The notes under the pieces: model-generated | Told to the model about the DNA's origin: nothing | The model's database searches: none | The model's input: the letters and a program-made list of their open reading frames with translations, nothing else | Virus record (IMG/VR): IMGVR_UViG_3300033121_002118 | Coordinates: 32,001 to 96,000 of that record | Length of the DNA stretch: 64,000 nucleotides | DNA from: a virus | Taxonomy: Duplodnaviria > Caudoviricetes | Strand: one strand, 5' to 3' | Part shown: positions 18,024 to 27,479 of the stretch, piece after piece | Position numbering within the stretch: position 1 is the first letter of the stretch | Layout of the letters: each line of letters opens with the position of its first letter | Translations under genes and position numbers: made by a program

Positions 18024-18673
18024 TCGTCATAGAACGCAGGCCCCCGGGCAGAGCGCCTGGAGACCTCGCGGACGCCCGTGAGCGGCGGCTCGAGCGTGCC
18101 GTTCTGCACGAGCTCACGACGGTCGTTGGTAGGCCCGTTGGCGTTCTCGCGCAGGCCTCGCTGCTGCACGAAGGTCTCCTGGACCGCGTCCGCATCGGTG
18201 CGGGCGATGTCGGTGGGCCCGTGCGGCCTGATCTTCAGCATGCCCTGGCGCGCGGTCACGCCTGAGATCTTGATCCCGTCCGTGCGCTCCACCTGCCCGT
18301 AGATCCTGCGCATGGGCAGGACCGTGACCACCTCGTATGTGACGTCGCCGTACGTGAAGAAGTCGCCCACTGTCACCTCGACGCCCTTGTCGACCAGGTC
18401 GCGCCACTGGACGTAGGCCTCCAGCTTCGCCGTGCGATCGACGCCGAAAGAATCGCCGACCTGCGCGTACTCAGGCTGGCCCACCAGGGCATCGAGCTCG
18501 ACGGGCGGATCGAACACCTTGTCGATCGCCTCGTCGTACACCGGATGCGCCCGCGTCTTGTCGACCGAGACGGCGTAATAGAACAGGCGCTGGCCCACGA
18601 CGTCCTTCACGAGCTCGCGCGTGATGTCGTCGATGAATGCCTGTTCCCTGGGTCCGATGAAAAGACGTGCCAT
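18020..18673 (-). CDS. Neck/head-closure protein (gp14-like)
   Basis: MARLF..RE..FI..I..EL..DVVGQ..YY; VY.EA..K.F.PPV; GDF..YG..YE; synteny with gp13-like gene. Confidence 0.7.
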   Translation of the reverse strand: MARLFIGPREQAFIDDITRELVKDVVGQRLFYYAVSVDKTRAHPVYDEAIDKVFDPPVELDALVGQPEYAQVGDSFGVDRTAKLEAYVQWRDLVDKGVEVTVGDFFTYGDVTYEVVTVLPMRRIYGQVERTDGIKISGVTARQGMLKIRPHGPTDIARTDADAVQETFVQQRGLRENANGPTNDRRELVQNGTLEPPLTGVREVSRRSARGPAFYDE

Positions 18674-18688
18674 CGTGCTCCTGTTCCC

Positions 18689-19348
18689 TCAGAGCATCCT
18701 GCTCGCGTACACCATGCCGGCGCGGGCCATGAATTTTTCATACGTCATCGCGGTCTTCACCTCGCCGCTGTCGACAAGGTCTTCGAACCGCTTCATCGCC
18801 TCGCTGTGCCTCGCGACAAGCGACGTCAAGTCGAGTGGATTACGCAACCGACAGGCACGATCAAGATACGCGCCACGTGGGTCCTGCTGTCTCGTGAACG
18901 TCCTGCAGCTGGGATCAAGAGGACGAAACTCGACATCGGACCGCGCTCCATACCGCTGCCACAGCATCGAAGCCGACGGCGACACGTCCTGACGATCGGG
19001 CATGATCCATGCGCCCTGCGACATCAGAATGTCATACAGCATGGGTCCATACCCATGGCGCGCGGCTGACAGCTCGACCCGACGCACGTCGTCGCCGCAG
19101 TGCGGCGCGGCCCTGTGCGCTGCAGAGGCAAAGATCGATCGCACCGTCACGTCGATGTCTGCCTGGCGACGGTCGACGATGGCGTCCATCAGCTGGTCAG
19201 GATCGTACAGGACGACCTTCTGGAGCTCGCCTTCGTCTTTGATCATGAGAGCAAGGCCCGAGGCGACGGCATGGTCGATGGCGACCGCAGCCTCGACGAG
19301 GCAAGCGCGCACGAACTGCCTGAGCACATGGTCACCGACAGACATCAT
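18689..19348 (-). CDS. GNAT-fold-like protein with leader
   Basis: LRQFVRACLVEA leader; SAARHGYGPMLYDILM..PDRQDVSPSA..LW..Y acetyl-CoA-binding-like motif. Confidence 0.55.
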   Translation of the reverse strand: MMSVGDHVLRQFVRACLVEAAVAIDHAVASGLALMIKDEGELQKVVLYDPDQLMDAIVDRRQADIDVTVRSIFASAAHRAAPHCGDDVRRVELSAARHGYGPMLYDILMSQGAWIMPDRQDVSPSASMLWQRYGARSDVEFRPLDPSCRTFTRQQDPRGAYLDRACRLRNPLDLTSLVARHSEAMKRFEDLVDSGEVKTAMTYEKFMARAGMVYASRML

Positions 19349-20010
19349 GCCTCCCTGTACCTCGAGTCAAAGTACTTGCTGCCGGCACCAGCCAGTGCCT
19401 GCGAGACCTCGGCCGCAGAAAAATCGTACGACAGCTCGCCCAGGGCGGCCTCATGGCGACGACGAAGGACGGCAAGGTCGGCCCTGTTCTCGACCGAGTA
19501 CGCGAAGTTGAGCCACGGCCTGACCTTCACGTGCTGACGACAACGGCCCGCGAGCGGAGTCTTCACGACGTCGGGCCTGTCATGGTACCTGCGCCACACC
19601 CGCTCCGCGCTGAGCGACACGGAATCGCGGCTCGGCGCGAGAGGACCGTCAGCCATGGCAGCATCATACAGCAGCGGACCAAATCCCTTCTCAGCGGCGA
19701 CGGTGTTGACGACCCTGGCACCGCACCGGGCGTCCTGCACGGCATAGAGCGCTCCCACGACCGCGCGCGCAGCGAACAAGGCAGGCACGATCACCCTGGC
19801 AGGCTCACCCGGCAGCTCGAGCATCGTTCGCACGGCGACGTCCTGGTCGTACAGCACGTAGTCGCCCGTCCCGTCCCCGCCGGGTGCCATGAGCGCCAAC
19901 CCACGGGCCGCCGCCGCCGAGGGCGCGATCGCCTCCTCGCTCAGCGCGCATGCCAACGCCTCCCTCACGAAGGCCCTTAGGATATCCCGCGAAACGTCGG
20001 CCATGGCCAC
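19345..20010 (-). CDS. GNAT-fold-like protein with leader (paralogue of the downstream gene)
   Basis: LRAFVREAL..LSEE leader; VAAEKGFGPLLYDAAM..PSRDSVS.SAERVW..Y. Confidence 0.55.
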   Translation of the reverse strand: MAMADVSRDILRAFVREALACALSEEAIAPSAAAARGLALMAPGGDGTGDYVLYDQDVAVRTMLELPGEPARVIVPALFAARAVVGALYAVQDARCGARVVNTVAAEKGFGPLLYDAAMADGPLAPSRDSVSLSAERVWRRYHDRPDVVKTPLAGRCRQHVKVRPWLNFAYSVENRADLAVLRRRHEAALGELSYDFSAAEVSQALAGAGSKYFDSRYREA

Positions 20011-20011
20011 A

Positions 20012-20977
20012 TCATCCTGCTTTCACACGTTCAATGCAGGCTGTGACATCCCTACGAAACTCCGCATCTGTCACGCGCACGAGCCGCAGACCTTGCTGCA
20101 TAAACCACGCTTCCTGCTGCCTGTCCAGATCCCACTTGCCTGCGATGGCCTTGTCCCGCGGCTTTGGGCTACTGCGGATCTGTTCGATGGGTCGATCCAG
20201 GCCATGCCAGTAAACGCCGTCGAACTGCACGTACGCGTCGATGCTCTTCACCCAGAAGTCGATGGGCCAATGCTCGTTTACGAGGACCCAACGTTCCACA
20301 TCATCTGTGCCGAATCGCTCGACCAACGCAGCATGGAACGCGTTCTCAGCCTTCGATTGACGTGCATATGCGCCAGAAGCCTTCCGCGCATCGTGCACTT
20401 TTTGGAACATCGCAGGCAGCTGCAACGCTCGCTTCACACCATACTTCGCCATGCAACCAGCTTCAAGGGCCCGCTGGACATGCTCGAGCTGCATCGGGTG
20501 CTCGACACCCCAGTGCTTCAATATGGTCTGTCGCGCTTTCTCACGCACAGCAGGAGACTGTTGAGCAAAGCGTACACCATGATTCCTGAGCGTCGACTCC
20601 TCAGCGCGCTTTCGCACGGTCGAGTCTTTTGACGGATGATCAACGCCGCGACGCTCGAGATGTCGCTGCCTGATCTTCTCCTTGACCACGGGCGCGGCAT
20701 AGACGTTCTCGACGCCATAACGTTGAATGTTAGTAGCGCCCGTGATCATCGCGACTGCTCCGCCTGCCCGATGCGAGGCCCGCTTGCATTCGTTCGAACA
20801 CGCATGCGTCTTTCGAGATTGGAGCCGCGTGCCACTTCCCCGCGTCTCCCATTCCTTTCCGCATGTGTCGCAGCGCAACAGATGCAGGTCATATTGCACC
20901 GTTCGTTTCATCGAGTCTTCATGGACAACAGCACGGGATGACAGATACATGTGCCCATAGATATGGGCATCATTCAT
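20012..20977 (-). CDS. Putative homing endonuclease (YGV repeats + DUF559/Vsr-like domain)
   Basis: QRYGVE/KHWGVEHP/KYGV repeats; WPIDFWV..YVQFDGVYWHGLDRP; exact start uncertain. Confidence 0.75.
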   Translation of the reverse strand: MNDAHIYGHMYLSSRAVVHEDSMKRTVQYDLHLLRCDTCGKEWETRGSGTRLQSRKTHACSNECKRASHRAGGAVAMITGATNIQRYGVENVYAAPVVKEKIRQRHLERRGVDHPSKDSTVRKRAEESTLRNHGVRFAQQSPAVREKARQTILKHWGVEHPMQLEHVQRALEAGCMAKYGVKRALQLPAMFQKVHDARKASGAYARQSKAENAFHAALVERFGTDDVERWVLVNEHWPIDFWVKSIDAYVQFDGVYWHGLDRPIEQIRSSPKPRDKAIAGKWDLDRQQEAWFMQQGLRLVRVTDAEFRRDVTACIERVKAG

Positions 20978-22152
20978 CCAACGTACACAAATCGGCCCAG
21001 CGGCATGGGCACGTGCTTCAGCTGTCGGGCCAAGTTGTCGGCGATGGTCGCCTCCTGCTCGATCAGCTTGGGTTGTGACACGGACTCCAGGAACTCCCGC
21101 AGCTCGGTCCTGAGCTTGTCCTTGTCCTCACGGCCCTGCTGTCGCAGCTCATCCCCATCGAGCTGCAGGTCGGCGTTGGGCACCGGGATGGTCTTCATCT
21201 TGCCCCTGACGATGCCCAGCAGCTCCCTGCACAGGGCAAAGGCATACTGGCGGATCCACTGCCTGCCCCAGGCATTGATGGTCGCGAACGGGATGTCGCT
21301 GAAGGGTGCGTTGCTGGCGCTGCTGACTCCCTGCACCGACTCGTCTGTGTACGACGGGTCGGTCGGATCCTGGGGCTGCGCCACCCTGACGTACAGCCGT
21401 GGGGTCGTGTCCGTGTTGGACGGGACCGGGAAGATCCTGATGTTCCTGCCCCTGACCTCGTAGCTGTAGTTCGAGCGCCTGATCCTGTACGCGGTGTCGA
21501 GCATGCTGCGGCGCAGGACGTCCTCGAAGACTGGCAGGACGTAGAAGACCGTGGAATTCACGTACGACTCGTAGTTGAACTCGGTGGCGAGGAAGTTCGT
21601 GACGTTCGAGGCATTGAGCAGGAAGTGCTGCGCCGCGACAGGAGAGGTGTGCATCACGTCGATGATCCTGAGCTTCCCGTTCCACCCCGCGGGTGCCGAG
21701 CCCGCGACCAGGGTGCCTGAGGCGGCGTCCTTGAGCTCCGTGTACAGGTTGTAGTCCTGCCGGCCGGGCTCGAGGTCGAAATATCCCAACACCGAGTCGT
21801 ACGAACCGCCCACGCCCGCGTACGAGGCGTACGGGTCGGCCTGCCGCATCAGGAATTCCAGGGTCTTATGCAGGTACTTGTTGGTGTAGCTGCCCGAGCT
21901 GCCCGTGGGTGTGCCCAGCATGCTGACCAGGTCGCCCTTGATCTGGGACTCATTGACCAGCTTCCCGTACTCCATGGTCGCCTCCTCGAGGCAGGCCCAG
22001 ATCTGGCGCTTGGTCAGCTCCACCGACAGGACGTCGTCTCCCAGCTTCCGCTTCGTGAACGTGACGAAGCCATCGGCCTCGGCCTGAAAATCAGGGTCAG
22101 TGTCGAAGGTCCCATAGGGCGTGGGCGCGACGGTCTGCGCGAAAGTGCTCAT
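20974..22152 (-). CDS. Neck protein (gp13-like head-tail adaptor)
   Basis: TPYG.FD.D..F..EAD..RKLG..V..VELT..QI..C.EEA; WIRQY..ALC.E.LG..RGK..IP.P..L.LDG. Confidence 0.8.
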   Translation of the reverse strand: MSTFAQTVAPTPYGTFDTDPDFQAEADGFVTFTKRKLGDDVLSVELTKRQIWACLEEATMEYGKLVNESQIKGDLVSMLGTPTGSSGSYTNKYLHKTLEFLMRQADPYASYAGVGGSYDSVLGYFDLEPGRQDYNLYTELKDAASGTLVAGSAPAGWNGKLRIIDVMHTSPVAAQHFLLNASNVTNFLATEFNYESYVNSTVFYVLPVFEDVLRRSMLDTAYRIRRSNYSYEVRGRNIRIFPVPSNTDTTPRLYVRVAQPQDPTDPSYTDESVQGVSSASNAPFSDIPFATINAWGRQWIRQYAFALCRELLGIVRGKMKTIPVPNADLQLDGDELRQQGREDKDKLRTELREFLESVSQPKLIEQEATIADNLARQLKHVPMPLGRFVYVG

Positions 22153-22165
22153 GCTTTACCTCGCA

Positions 22166-22171
22166 TAAGTA
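22166..22171. promoter_or_regulatory. TANNTA putative late-promoter box, bidirectional example (one of about 22 copies)
   Basis: TAAGTA lies 5 nt before the + strand ATG at 22177 and 13 nt before the - strand ATG at 22152. Confidence 0.6.
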
Positions 22172-22176
22172 CGGCC

Positions 22177-23322
22177 ATGCACCGTGACGCCCTGCGCGGG
22201 CTCGTGCGCGAATCGATCGTACAGGAAATGGCACGCTGGAAGAAGGAAGGCGTGCCGAGAAGACAGGCCCTGGGATCGATCGAGGAGTTCACGGGGCCCA
22301 ACTCCTACGTCCACTACAGCGACCTGAACAAGCTGGGCATCAACCCGCAGTCGAGCTTCGACACGCCCATCGGGCTGTACGGCTACCCGCTGACGCCTGC
22401 GTACGTGCAGAAACTGCGCGCAGGGCGCGGAGCTGACTTTGCGCGTGACAGGAAGTACGCGCACGTCTTCAGGTCAAGGGAATCCGACACCGTCCTCGAC
22501 CTTCGTCGTTACGATGCCGCGCGCTACTCGGAGGACGTGGAGGAGCTGCGACGCCGCATGAAAGGTGGCGTGTGGAACCTGCCGGGCAAGCGTGCGGTGT
22601 TCGACGATGTGGTGACGAGGGCTGAGGCGGACGCCCTCGTCAGGACCCCGGCCGGCATGCTGTGGAACCTCACGCGGCTGCTGGCGGACAAGGACCCACG
22701 CAGGTGGACCGTGATCCTGTCCAAGAAGCTCGCATACACAGGCGTCCGCGACGACGGCGCCGGGATCATCCACGAAAATGAACCGGCGCAAGCCGTCTTC
22801 TTCGACCCGCGCACGATCGAGCATGTGACCACGTTCGTCAACTCGATCGACACGTTCAGCACGTCGGCCCCTGCCAAGGCCCTCATGCGCTACAAGCAGG
22901 CCGAGGACAGGTTCTGGCGCATGTTGGTCGACGTGCAGAACGTAGACCAGGACATGGCACTGCGGCGCAGGCTGATCGATCCGTTCACGAAGCACCCATC
23001 GTCCGACGTCAGGCACAAGGCAGTGGAACATGCGACGCCTGAGGCACAGCGGGCGGCGCTCGAGGACGAAGACGAGGACGTGCGACGTGCTGCGCTGCAT
23101 GAGCTGCGCCGCGACAGGGCTGTGCTACGCATGATGTCGAACGATCCGTCGCCCAAGGTGGTGGACGACCTGGTCGACCACATCGCCAACGAGTTCTCGG
23201 ATCCAGACGAAGACGCGGAGCTGCTCGACGTGTTACGTCGCATCGTGCAGACGCATGAAGGCGATGGACGATGGGAACGCGTCGTCAGAAAGACACGCTC
23301 GATGCTGCAGGACCTCTCATGA
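22177..23322 (+). CDS. Leader-bearing protein with ADP-ribosyltransferase-like domain and C-terminal HEAT-like repeats
   Basis: LRGLVRESIVQE leader; YVHYS...TPIGLYGYPL...AYTGVRDDGAGIIHENEPAQAVFFDP; SSDVRHKAV and DEDEDVRRAAL repeats; TAAGTA box 5 nt upstream. Confidence 0.55.
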   Translation: MHRDALRGLVRESIVQEMARWKKEGVPRRQALGSIEEFTGPNSYVHYSDLNKLGINPQSSFDTPIGLYGYPLTPAYVQKLRAGRGADFARDRKYAHVFRSRESDTVLDLRRYDAARYSEDVEELRRRMKGGVWNLPGKRAVFDDVVTRAEADALVRTPAGMLWNLTRLLADKDPRRWTVILSKKLAYTGVRDDGAGIIHENEPAQAVFFDPRTIEHVTTFVNSIDTFSTSAPAKALMRYKQAEDRFWRMLVDVQNVDQDMALRRRLIDPFTKHPSSDVRHKAVEHATPEAQRAALEDEDEDVRRAALHELRRDRAVLRMMSNDPSPKVVDDLVDHIANEFSDPDEDAELLDVLRRIVQTHEGDGRWERVVRKTRSMLQDLS

Positions 23323-23699
23323 GAGCACGTTTCACGCACGGGCAGGCGACTTCACGGCCTGAGGCAAGGTTGCGACGCATCCTGGTCTCCTCCTTCGGGC
23401 ACGACGCCGTGAAGCAGCAGGTGCGGATGGGCCGCTGGACCGTCGACTTCTACGTGGTGCCGTTGGACGTGTACGTGGAGCTGGATGGGGTCTACTGGCA
23501 CGGCCTGGACAGGCCCATGGACGTGATCGAGCGCTGTGGCACCCTCACGGACCGAAAGATCCTCGGTACCTGGCACAAGGACCGGCTGCAGGACGCCTGG
23601 TTCGGCGACAACGGGCTCAGGCTGGTCAGGATCACGGACAAGGAGCTCAGGACCTACGACGACTCGGACGTGCTCGACCGCGTCCGCGCAGGGTCCTGA
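23319..23699 (+). CDS. Stand-alone DUF559/Vsr-like endonuclease domain
   Basis: SRPEARL..WTVDFYV..YVELDGVYWHGLDRP..GLRLVRITD; ATGA overlap with the upstream gene. Confidence 0.7.
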   Translation: MRARFTHGQATSRPEARLRRILVSSFGHDAVKQQVRMGRWTVDFYVVPLDVYVELDGVYWHGLDRPMDVIERCGTLTDRKILGTWHKDRLQDAWFGDNGLRLVRITDKELRTYDDSDVLDRVRAGS

Positions 23700-23705
23700 G
23701 CGCCG

Positions 23706-24632
23706 TCACTGCCACACGCACTGTTCAGCGGTGCACAAGGCGGAGCAGCCGTCGTGGCTCGTCAGGTTGCCGTCGTCGCAGGCCTCGACGCCTGCCTTGA
23801 CGCCGTCGCCGCACGTGGTCGAGCACTGGCTGGGCGACCCAGCGCAGGCATAGCCTGCCTCGACCGCGCAGGCGGGAGAGCAGCCGTCGCCTGCGGCCTG
23901 GCCGCCATCGTCGCAGCCCTCGGCGCCTTCCACCAGGCCGTCGCCGCACACGGTCTGCGGACCCGCACACTCATACACGAGGGCGACTGTGCCTGGCAGC
24001 ACGTTCACGTGTGCGCCTGCGTTGAATTGGGCCAGGACGCAGTCGCCCGTGACCGGGCAGCCGTTCACCAGGGCCGCGACGTCGAACGACTCGGTCCTGA
24101 CCCCGCCCGAAGCCAGCGCGCGTGAGGGGCCCGACGCGGTCCTGTCTGTGCCGTCACCGGCGGCACCGGGAATCGTCCACGCCTCAGGACCCGACCTGTA
24201 CCAGGACGCCTGCAAGGTCGAGGCACACAGGCCGGCCACGCCCATCGTGGGTTGTGTGACGGGCCGCATGATGCGCCTGATCGAGACAGAGGTGCCGCCG
24301 TTCCACAGGGAGGCCTGGTAGCTGAGAACCGCGGACGAGACCTGGCAGCCGGGCGCGGGCACATGCACCATCAGGACCTCGGTCGCCGTGTTGCACCGCG
24401 CCGCGTTGTCAGTGTAGTCAGTGCCGCACTTGCACCAGGAGTTGCTCGAGGGATCGTTGCAGGCCGTGCCCGTCGGAGGCGCGTTCTGGGCGGTCACGGT
24501 GTACGCGATCGCCTGAACAGAGAGCGGGTCGAGCGTCGTGCCCAGAGCAGCGTCGGTCTGGAGCGGGCCGCAGCCCATCGCCACCGCGAGACCCAGGATG
24601 CACATACAGATGAGATTCATCGCCAGTTTCAT
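23706..24632 (-). CDS. Putative lipoprotein with DNRLRE-like domain and myxobacterial-type Cys-rich repeats (DUF4215-like)
   Basis: Signal peptide and lipobox MKLAMNLICMCILGLAVAMG-C; two CGDG..E.CDDG...DGCS..C..E repeats; AAGGAAGGAA upstream. Confidence 0.7.
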   Translation of the reverse strand: MKLAMNLICMCILGLAVAMGCGPLQTDAALGTTLDPLSVQAIAYTVTAQNAPPTGTACNDPSSNSWCKCGTDYTDNAARCNTATEVLMVHVPAPGCQVSSAVLSYQASLWNGGTSVSIRRIMRPVTQPTMGVAGLCASTLQASWYRSGPEAWTIPGAAGDGTDRTASGPSRALASGGVRTESFDVAALVNGCPVTGDCVLAQFNAGAHVNVLPGTVALVYECAGPQTVCGDGLVEGAEGCDDGGQAAGDGCSPACAVEAGYACAGSPSQCSTTCGDGVKAGVEACDDGNLTSHDGCSALCTAEQCVWQ

Positions 24633-24694
24633 GGGAGTTCCTTCCTTCTTCTTCTTGTGGCAGTTCATGCGCACCAGACGGTGGCATGCGATGA

Positions 24695-25591
24695 TCAACC
24701 GAGGAGCGCCACCACGACGCCATTCGAGCCAGACGACGCGGCGGCAGCTGTGCCGGCCGACGCACCGGGTGCCCCGCCTGCCGCCGTGATCACGCCCGAG
24801 CCTGTGAGGGCCTGCGTCACGTACCAGATCACGCCGCCTCCGCCCCCGCCGCCGCCCCCTGCGTTGCCCGTCGCGTTGCCGCCGTGCCCGCCTTCGACCG
24901 TGATCTTGCCGTCGATCTGCATCGATTTCGCGCCGATCCACAGGCACCCGCCGCCGCCCCCGCCGCCGCCCGACACGCCTGCGGCGCCGTCGCCGCGTCC
25001 GGAGCCGCCGCCCGTGCCCCCCAGGAGCAGCGACATTGTCGTGCCTGCAAGCACGCGGCCGGGCACGCCTGATGTCGTGCGCCAACCGGTCGATCGCCCA
25101 TCCAACGCGCCCTTGCCGCCGCCTGAGCCGCCGGCGCCGTTGCTGTTGCTGCCGCCTGCGCCGCCCTGGCCGCCCACGACGTTGGACCCGAAGGTGCCAC
25201 CGCTCGAGACGAATCCGCCCGTGGCGCCGTTGCCCCCGGCGGTGCCGCCGCCCATCACGTTGTCGGACACAGCTGCGCCTGCCGTCGCGCCGGAGGCATC
25301 GTTGCCTTTTCGCGACACGGTGCCGCCTGCCTGGACGTCGAGCAGGACCGAGCAAAAGAGCTGCTCGGCGACGATGGTGGACCCGCTCGGGACCGTGAGC
25401 GTCGTGAAGTACTTGGGCACCGTGTACGTCGTCGTGCCCGCGCTGGCGGTCGAAGTGCCGTCCGACCCGTCCCCATACGCGCCCGAGGAGCCGCTCTGGC
25501 CCGCAGATCCTGCAGGACCCGTCGGCCCAGGAGGTCCGACGGAGCCGTCCGAGGAGGACCCACCCGGCGATGTCCAGCCCAGGTGTGCCAT
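24695..25591 (-). CDS. Glycine-rich tail fibre/spike protein with a short collagen-like segment
   Basis: GPPGPTGPAGSAGQSG; GGGGGGGG.I.I and I.A.GG.PG motifs. Confidence 0.7.
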   Translation of the reverse strand: MAHLGWTSPGGSSSDGSVGPPGPTGPAGSAGQSGSSGAYGDGSDGTSTASAGTTTYTVPKYFTTLTVPSGSTIVAEQLFCSVLLDVQAGGTVSRKGNDASGATAGAAVSDNVMGGGTAGGNGATGGFVSSGGTFGSNVVGGQGGAGGSNSNGAGGSGGGKGALDGRSTGWRTTSGVPGRVLAGTTMSLLLGGTGGGSGRGDGAAGVSGGGGGGGGCLWIGAKSMQIDGKITVEGGHGGNATGNAGGGGGGGGGVIWYVTQALTGSGVITAAGGAPGASAGTAAAASSGSNGVVVALLG

Positions 25592-25595
25592 GCGC

Positions 25596-25994
25596 TCACC
25601 CCACGCCTTCGAAACCGTTCGAGCCCGTGATGAAGAGGATCTGCTTCGCGGGCACGCCGGTCAAGCTCACCGCGAGCTCGTACTCGATCGACGACGTCGT
25701 CAGCGACCGCACGTAGAACTCCGTGAACTTGAAGTCGCCTGAGAACGACTCACCCGGCACCAGGGTGCCCCTGTTGCTGCCTGAGACGCCATTGGCGGTG
25801 AAGCCGTAGGCGATCCTGCATGCCATGTCGGAGCCCGTCAGCGCGTTCTTGAGCGCGAAACTGGAGGCGACGTTGGCGAACGAGTGCCTGACCGTGGTCA
25901 AGGCAGGCACGAAGGAGGCCGTGAGCCACGGCCAACCCGAGACGATGAACTCAGCGGCGAGGTTGCCGCCCGGAAGAGGGTTGTTGAGAGGCAC
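25596..25994 (-). CDS. Hypothetical virion protein
   Basis: Beta-rich ORF in the structural operon (EFIVSGWPWLTAS...ITGSNGFEGVG). Confidence 0.6.
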   Translation of the reverse strand: MPLNNPLPGGNLAAEFIVSGWPWLTASFVPALTTVRHSFANVASSFALKNALTGSDMACRIAYGFTANGVSGSNRGTLVPGESFSGDFKFTEFYVRSLTTSSIEYELAVSLTGVPAKQILFITGSNGFEGVG

Positions 25995-26024
25995 TGTCTT
26001 TCTCCTGGTGAAGCGCTCGTCGGA

Positions 26025-26327
26025 TCAACCGCCCGCGCGCGACCGGGCACGTCCGATCTTTTCGATCGCGACCTTCAGGCCCTGCAGGCAGGCCGCTAGC
26101 TCCTGGGCGATCTGTCGCGCGGCGACGTTGCTGTCCTGGGCCGCCGTGAGGGCGCGCGCGACGGTCGACGTCTTGGTCGAGGCCTGGCGCAGGTCGTCCT
26201 CGACCTGCGCCAGCACGTCCCTGACGCGCAGGCCACCGCCCTCAGCGTCCTCGTGCATGATCCGACGGGCTTCTGCCCTGATCGTCTCGCGGAGCTGGTG
26301 CTGTGTCAGTCGCCTGGGTCTGGACAT
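26025..26327 (-). CDS. Leader-family coiled-coil protein
   Basis: MSRPRRLTQHQLRETIRAEARRIMHED from the ATG at 26327. Confidence 0.7.
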   Translation of the reverse strand: MSRPRRLTQHQLRETIRAEARRIMHEDAEGGGLRVRDVLAQVEDDLRQASTKTSTVARALTAAQDSNVAARQIAQELAACLQGLKVAIEKIGRARSRAGG

Positions 26328-26332
26328 GGTGC

Positions 26333-26863
26333 TCACGCCTCGATCTGAAGGGAGCCGCTCGAGGCCTGGACGACGTAGGTGCCGCCGTCGGACCACAGGC
26401 ACACGCTGCCGCCCCGAGGAACAGTGAGCTTGTCGCCCCGAGCGAGCGAGGCGCCGAAGCCGCTCGACACGATCAGGGCGCCGCCTGCCACGGTGGAGCC
26501 GCTGACGGACCCGATGCCCGCGCCGTTGCGCGTGAAGAGGGCCCCTGCCTCGGTCCTGGCGGATCCGGACAGCATGAAGGAGAACGAGTTGTTGCACTCC
26601 TTGAACATGAAGTGCGCGCCCGGAAAGCTGCCTGGTGCGGGCAGCGTGCCCGTCGCGGCGGTGCTGCCGCTGACCCAGTAGAAGCCGGGCGACGTCAGCG
26701 CGAAGGCCGTGCCCACCTGCGACTGGCCCGTCGCCACCGTGCCAGAGGTCTCCATCTTGAAGGGCGCGAAGCCGAAGTTGTTGGAATGGCCCGCGACCTG
26801 GCAGCCGCTCGCGCCGTCGACCTGGTTGACGCCGTTCGATCCGATCCTCGTGCCGATCCCCAT
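26333..26863 (-). CDS. Hypothetical virion protein
   Basis: Ser/Gly-rich beta protein; TAGTTA box upstream. Confidence 0.6.
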   Translation of the reverse strand: MGIGTRIGSNGVNQVDGASGCQVAGHSNNFGFAPFKMETSGTVATGQSQVGTAFALTSPGFYWVSGSTAATGTLPAPGSFPGAHFMFKECNNSFSFMLSGSARTEAGALFTRNGAGIGSVSGSTVAGGALIVSSGFGASLARGDKLTVPRGGSVCLWSDGGTYVVQASSGSLQIEA

Positions 26864-26996
26864 CTCGTCCTCGCCCCCTTCCGGCCCGTGCCGTTCGACC
26901 GATAACTAGGTCGACGATCGGCGGGCCTCCACAGGATGTACCGACCCACGTCAGGGTTGGCCCATGTCCGAGTTTCTCGGAATTGACTGCGACCTC

Positions 26997-27457
26997 TCAG
27001 CCCCTCTCGATGTGGCCGAGAGCGTTGCGGTCGGCCATTCGCCGGTACGGGTTGGGGACGTCCCTGCCGTACGTGTCGACCTCGTCGTCCGGGAAGTAGT
27101 ACTTGGCCTTGCTGCCGGGCACCACGTGGTCCAGCGACACGGCCACCTCCTCGCCGTAGCCGGTCTGGGTCTCGCGGTCGGCCTGATCGAACTGTCGGAC
27201 GACCCGGACGCCCATCAGGTCCTGGAAACGGTCGCTCATGACGCCGATCCTGTCCCCGGGTTCGAGCGTCGACAGCTCCGCTGTTCCATCGAGACGCAGG
27301 AACGATGACGTCCCAGCGGCCTCGGCGTCGTCCGACAGCGCCTGATGACCTCCCGCACGAACTCGCGGAGGCCGTCGAGCTCGGCATCGCCCACGACCTG
27401 GTATTCCTGGTCTGCGCCCAGGACAGGATCGTCTGCGATGCCGCCCACTACGTTCAT
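26997..27457 (-). pseudogene. Hypothetical protein split by an apparent 1-nt deletion near 27341
   Basis: Frame A gives MNVV...LREFVREVIR and frame B continues ALSDDAEAAG...; adding one G to ATCAGG|CGCTG joins them. Confidence 0.45.
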
Positions 27458-27479
27458 GCTGGATCAACAACCAGATCAA

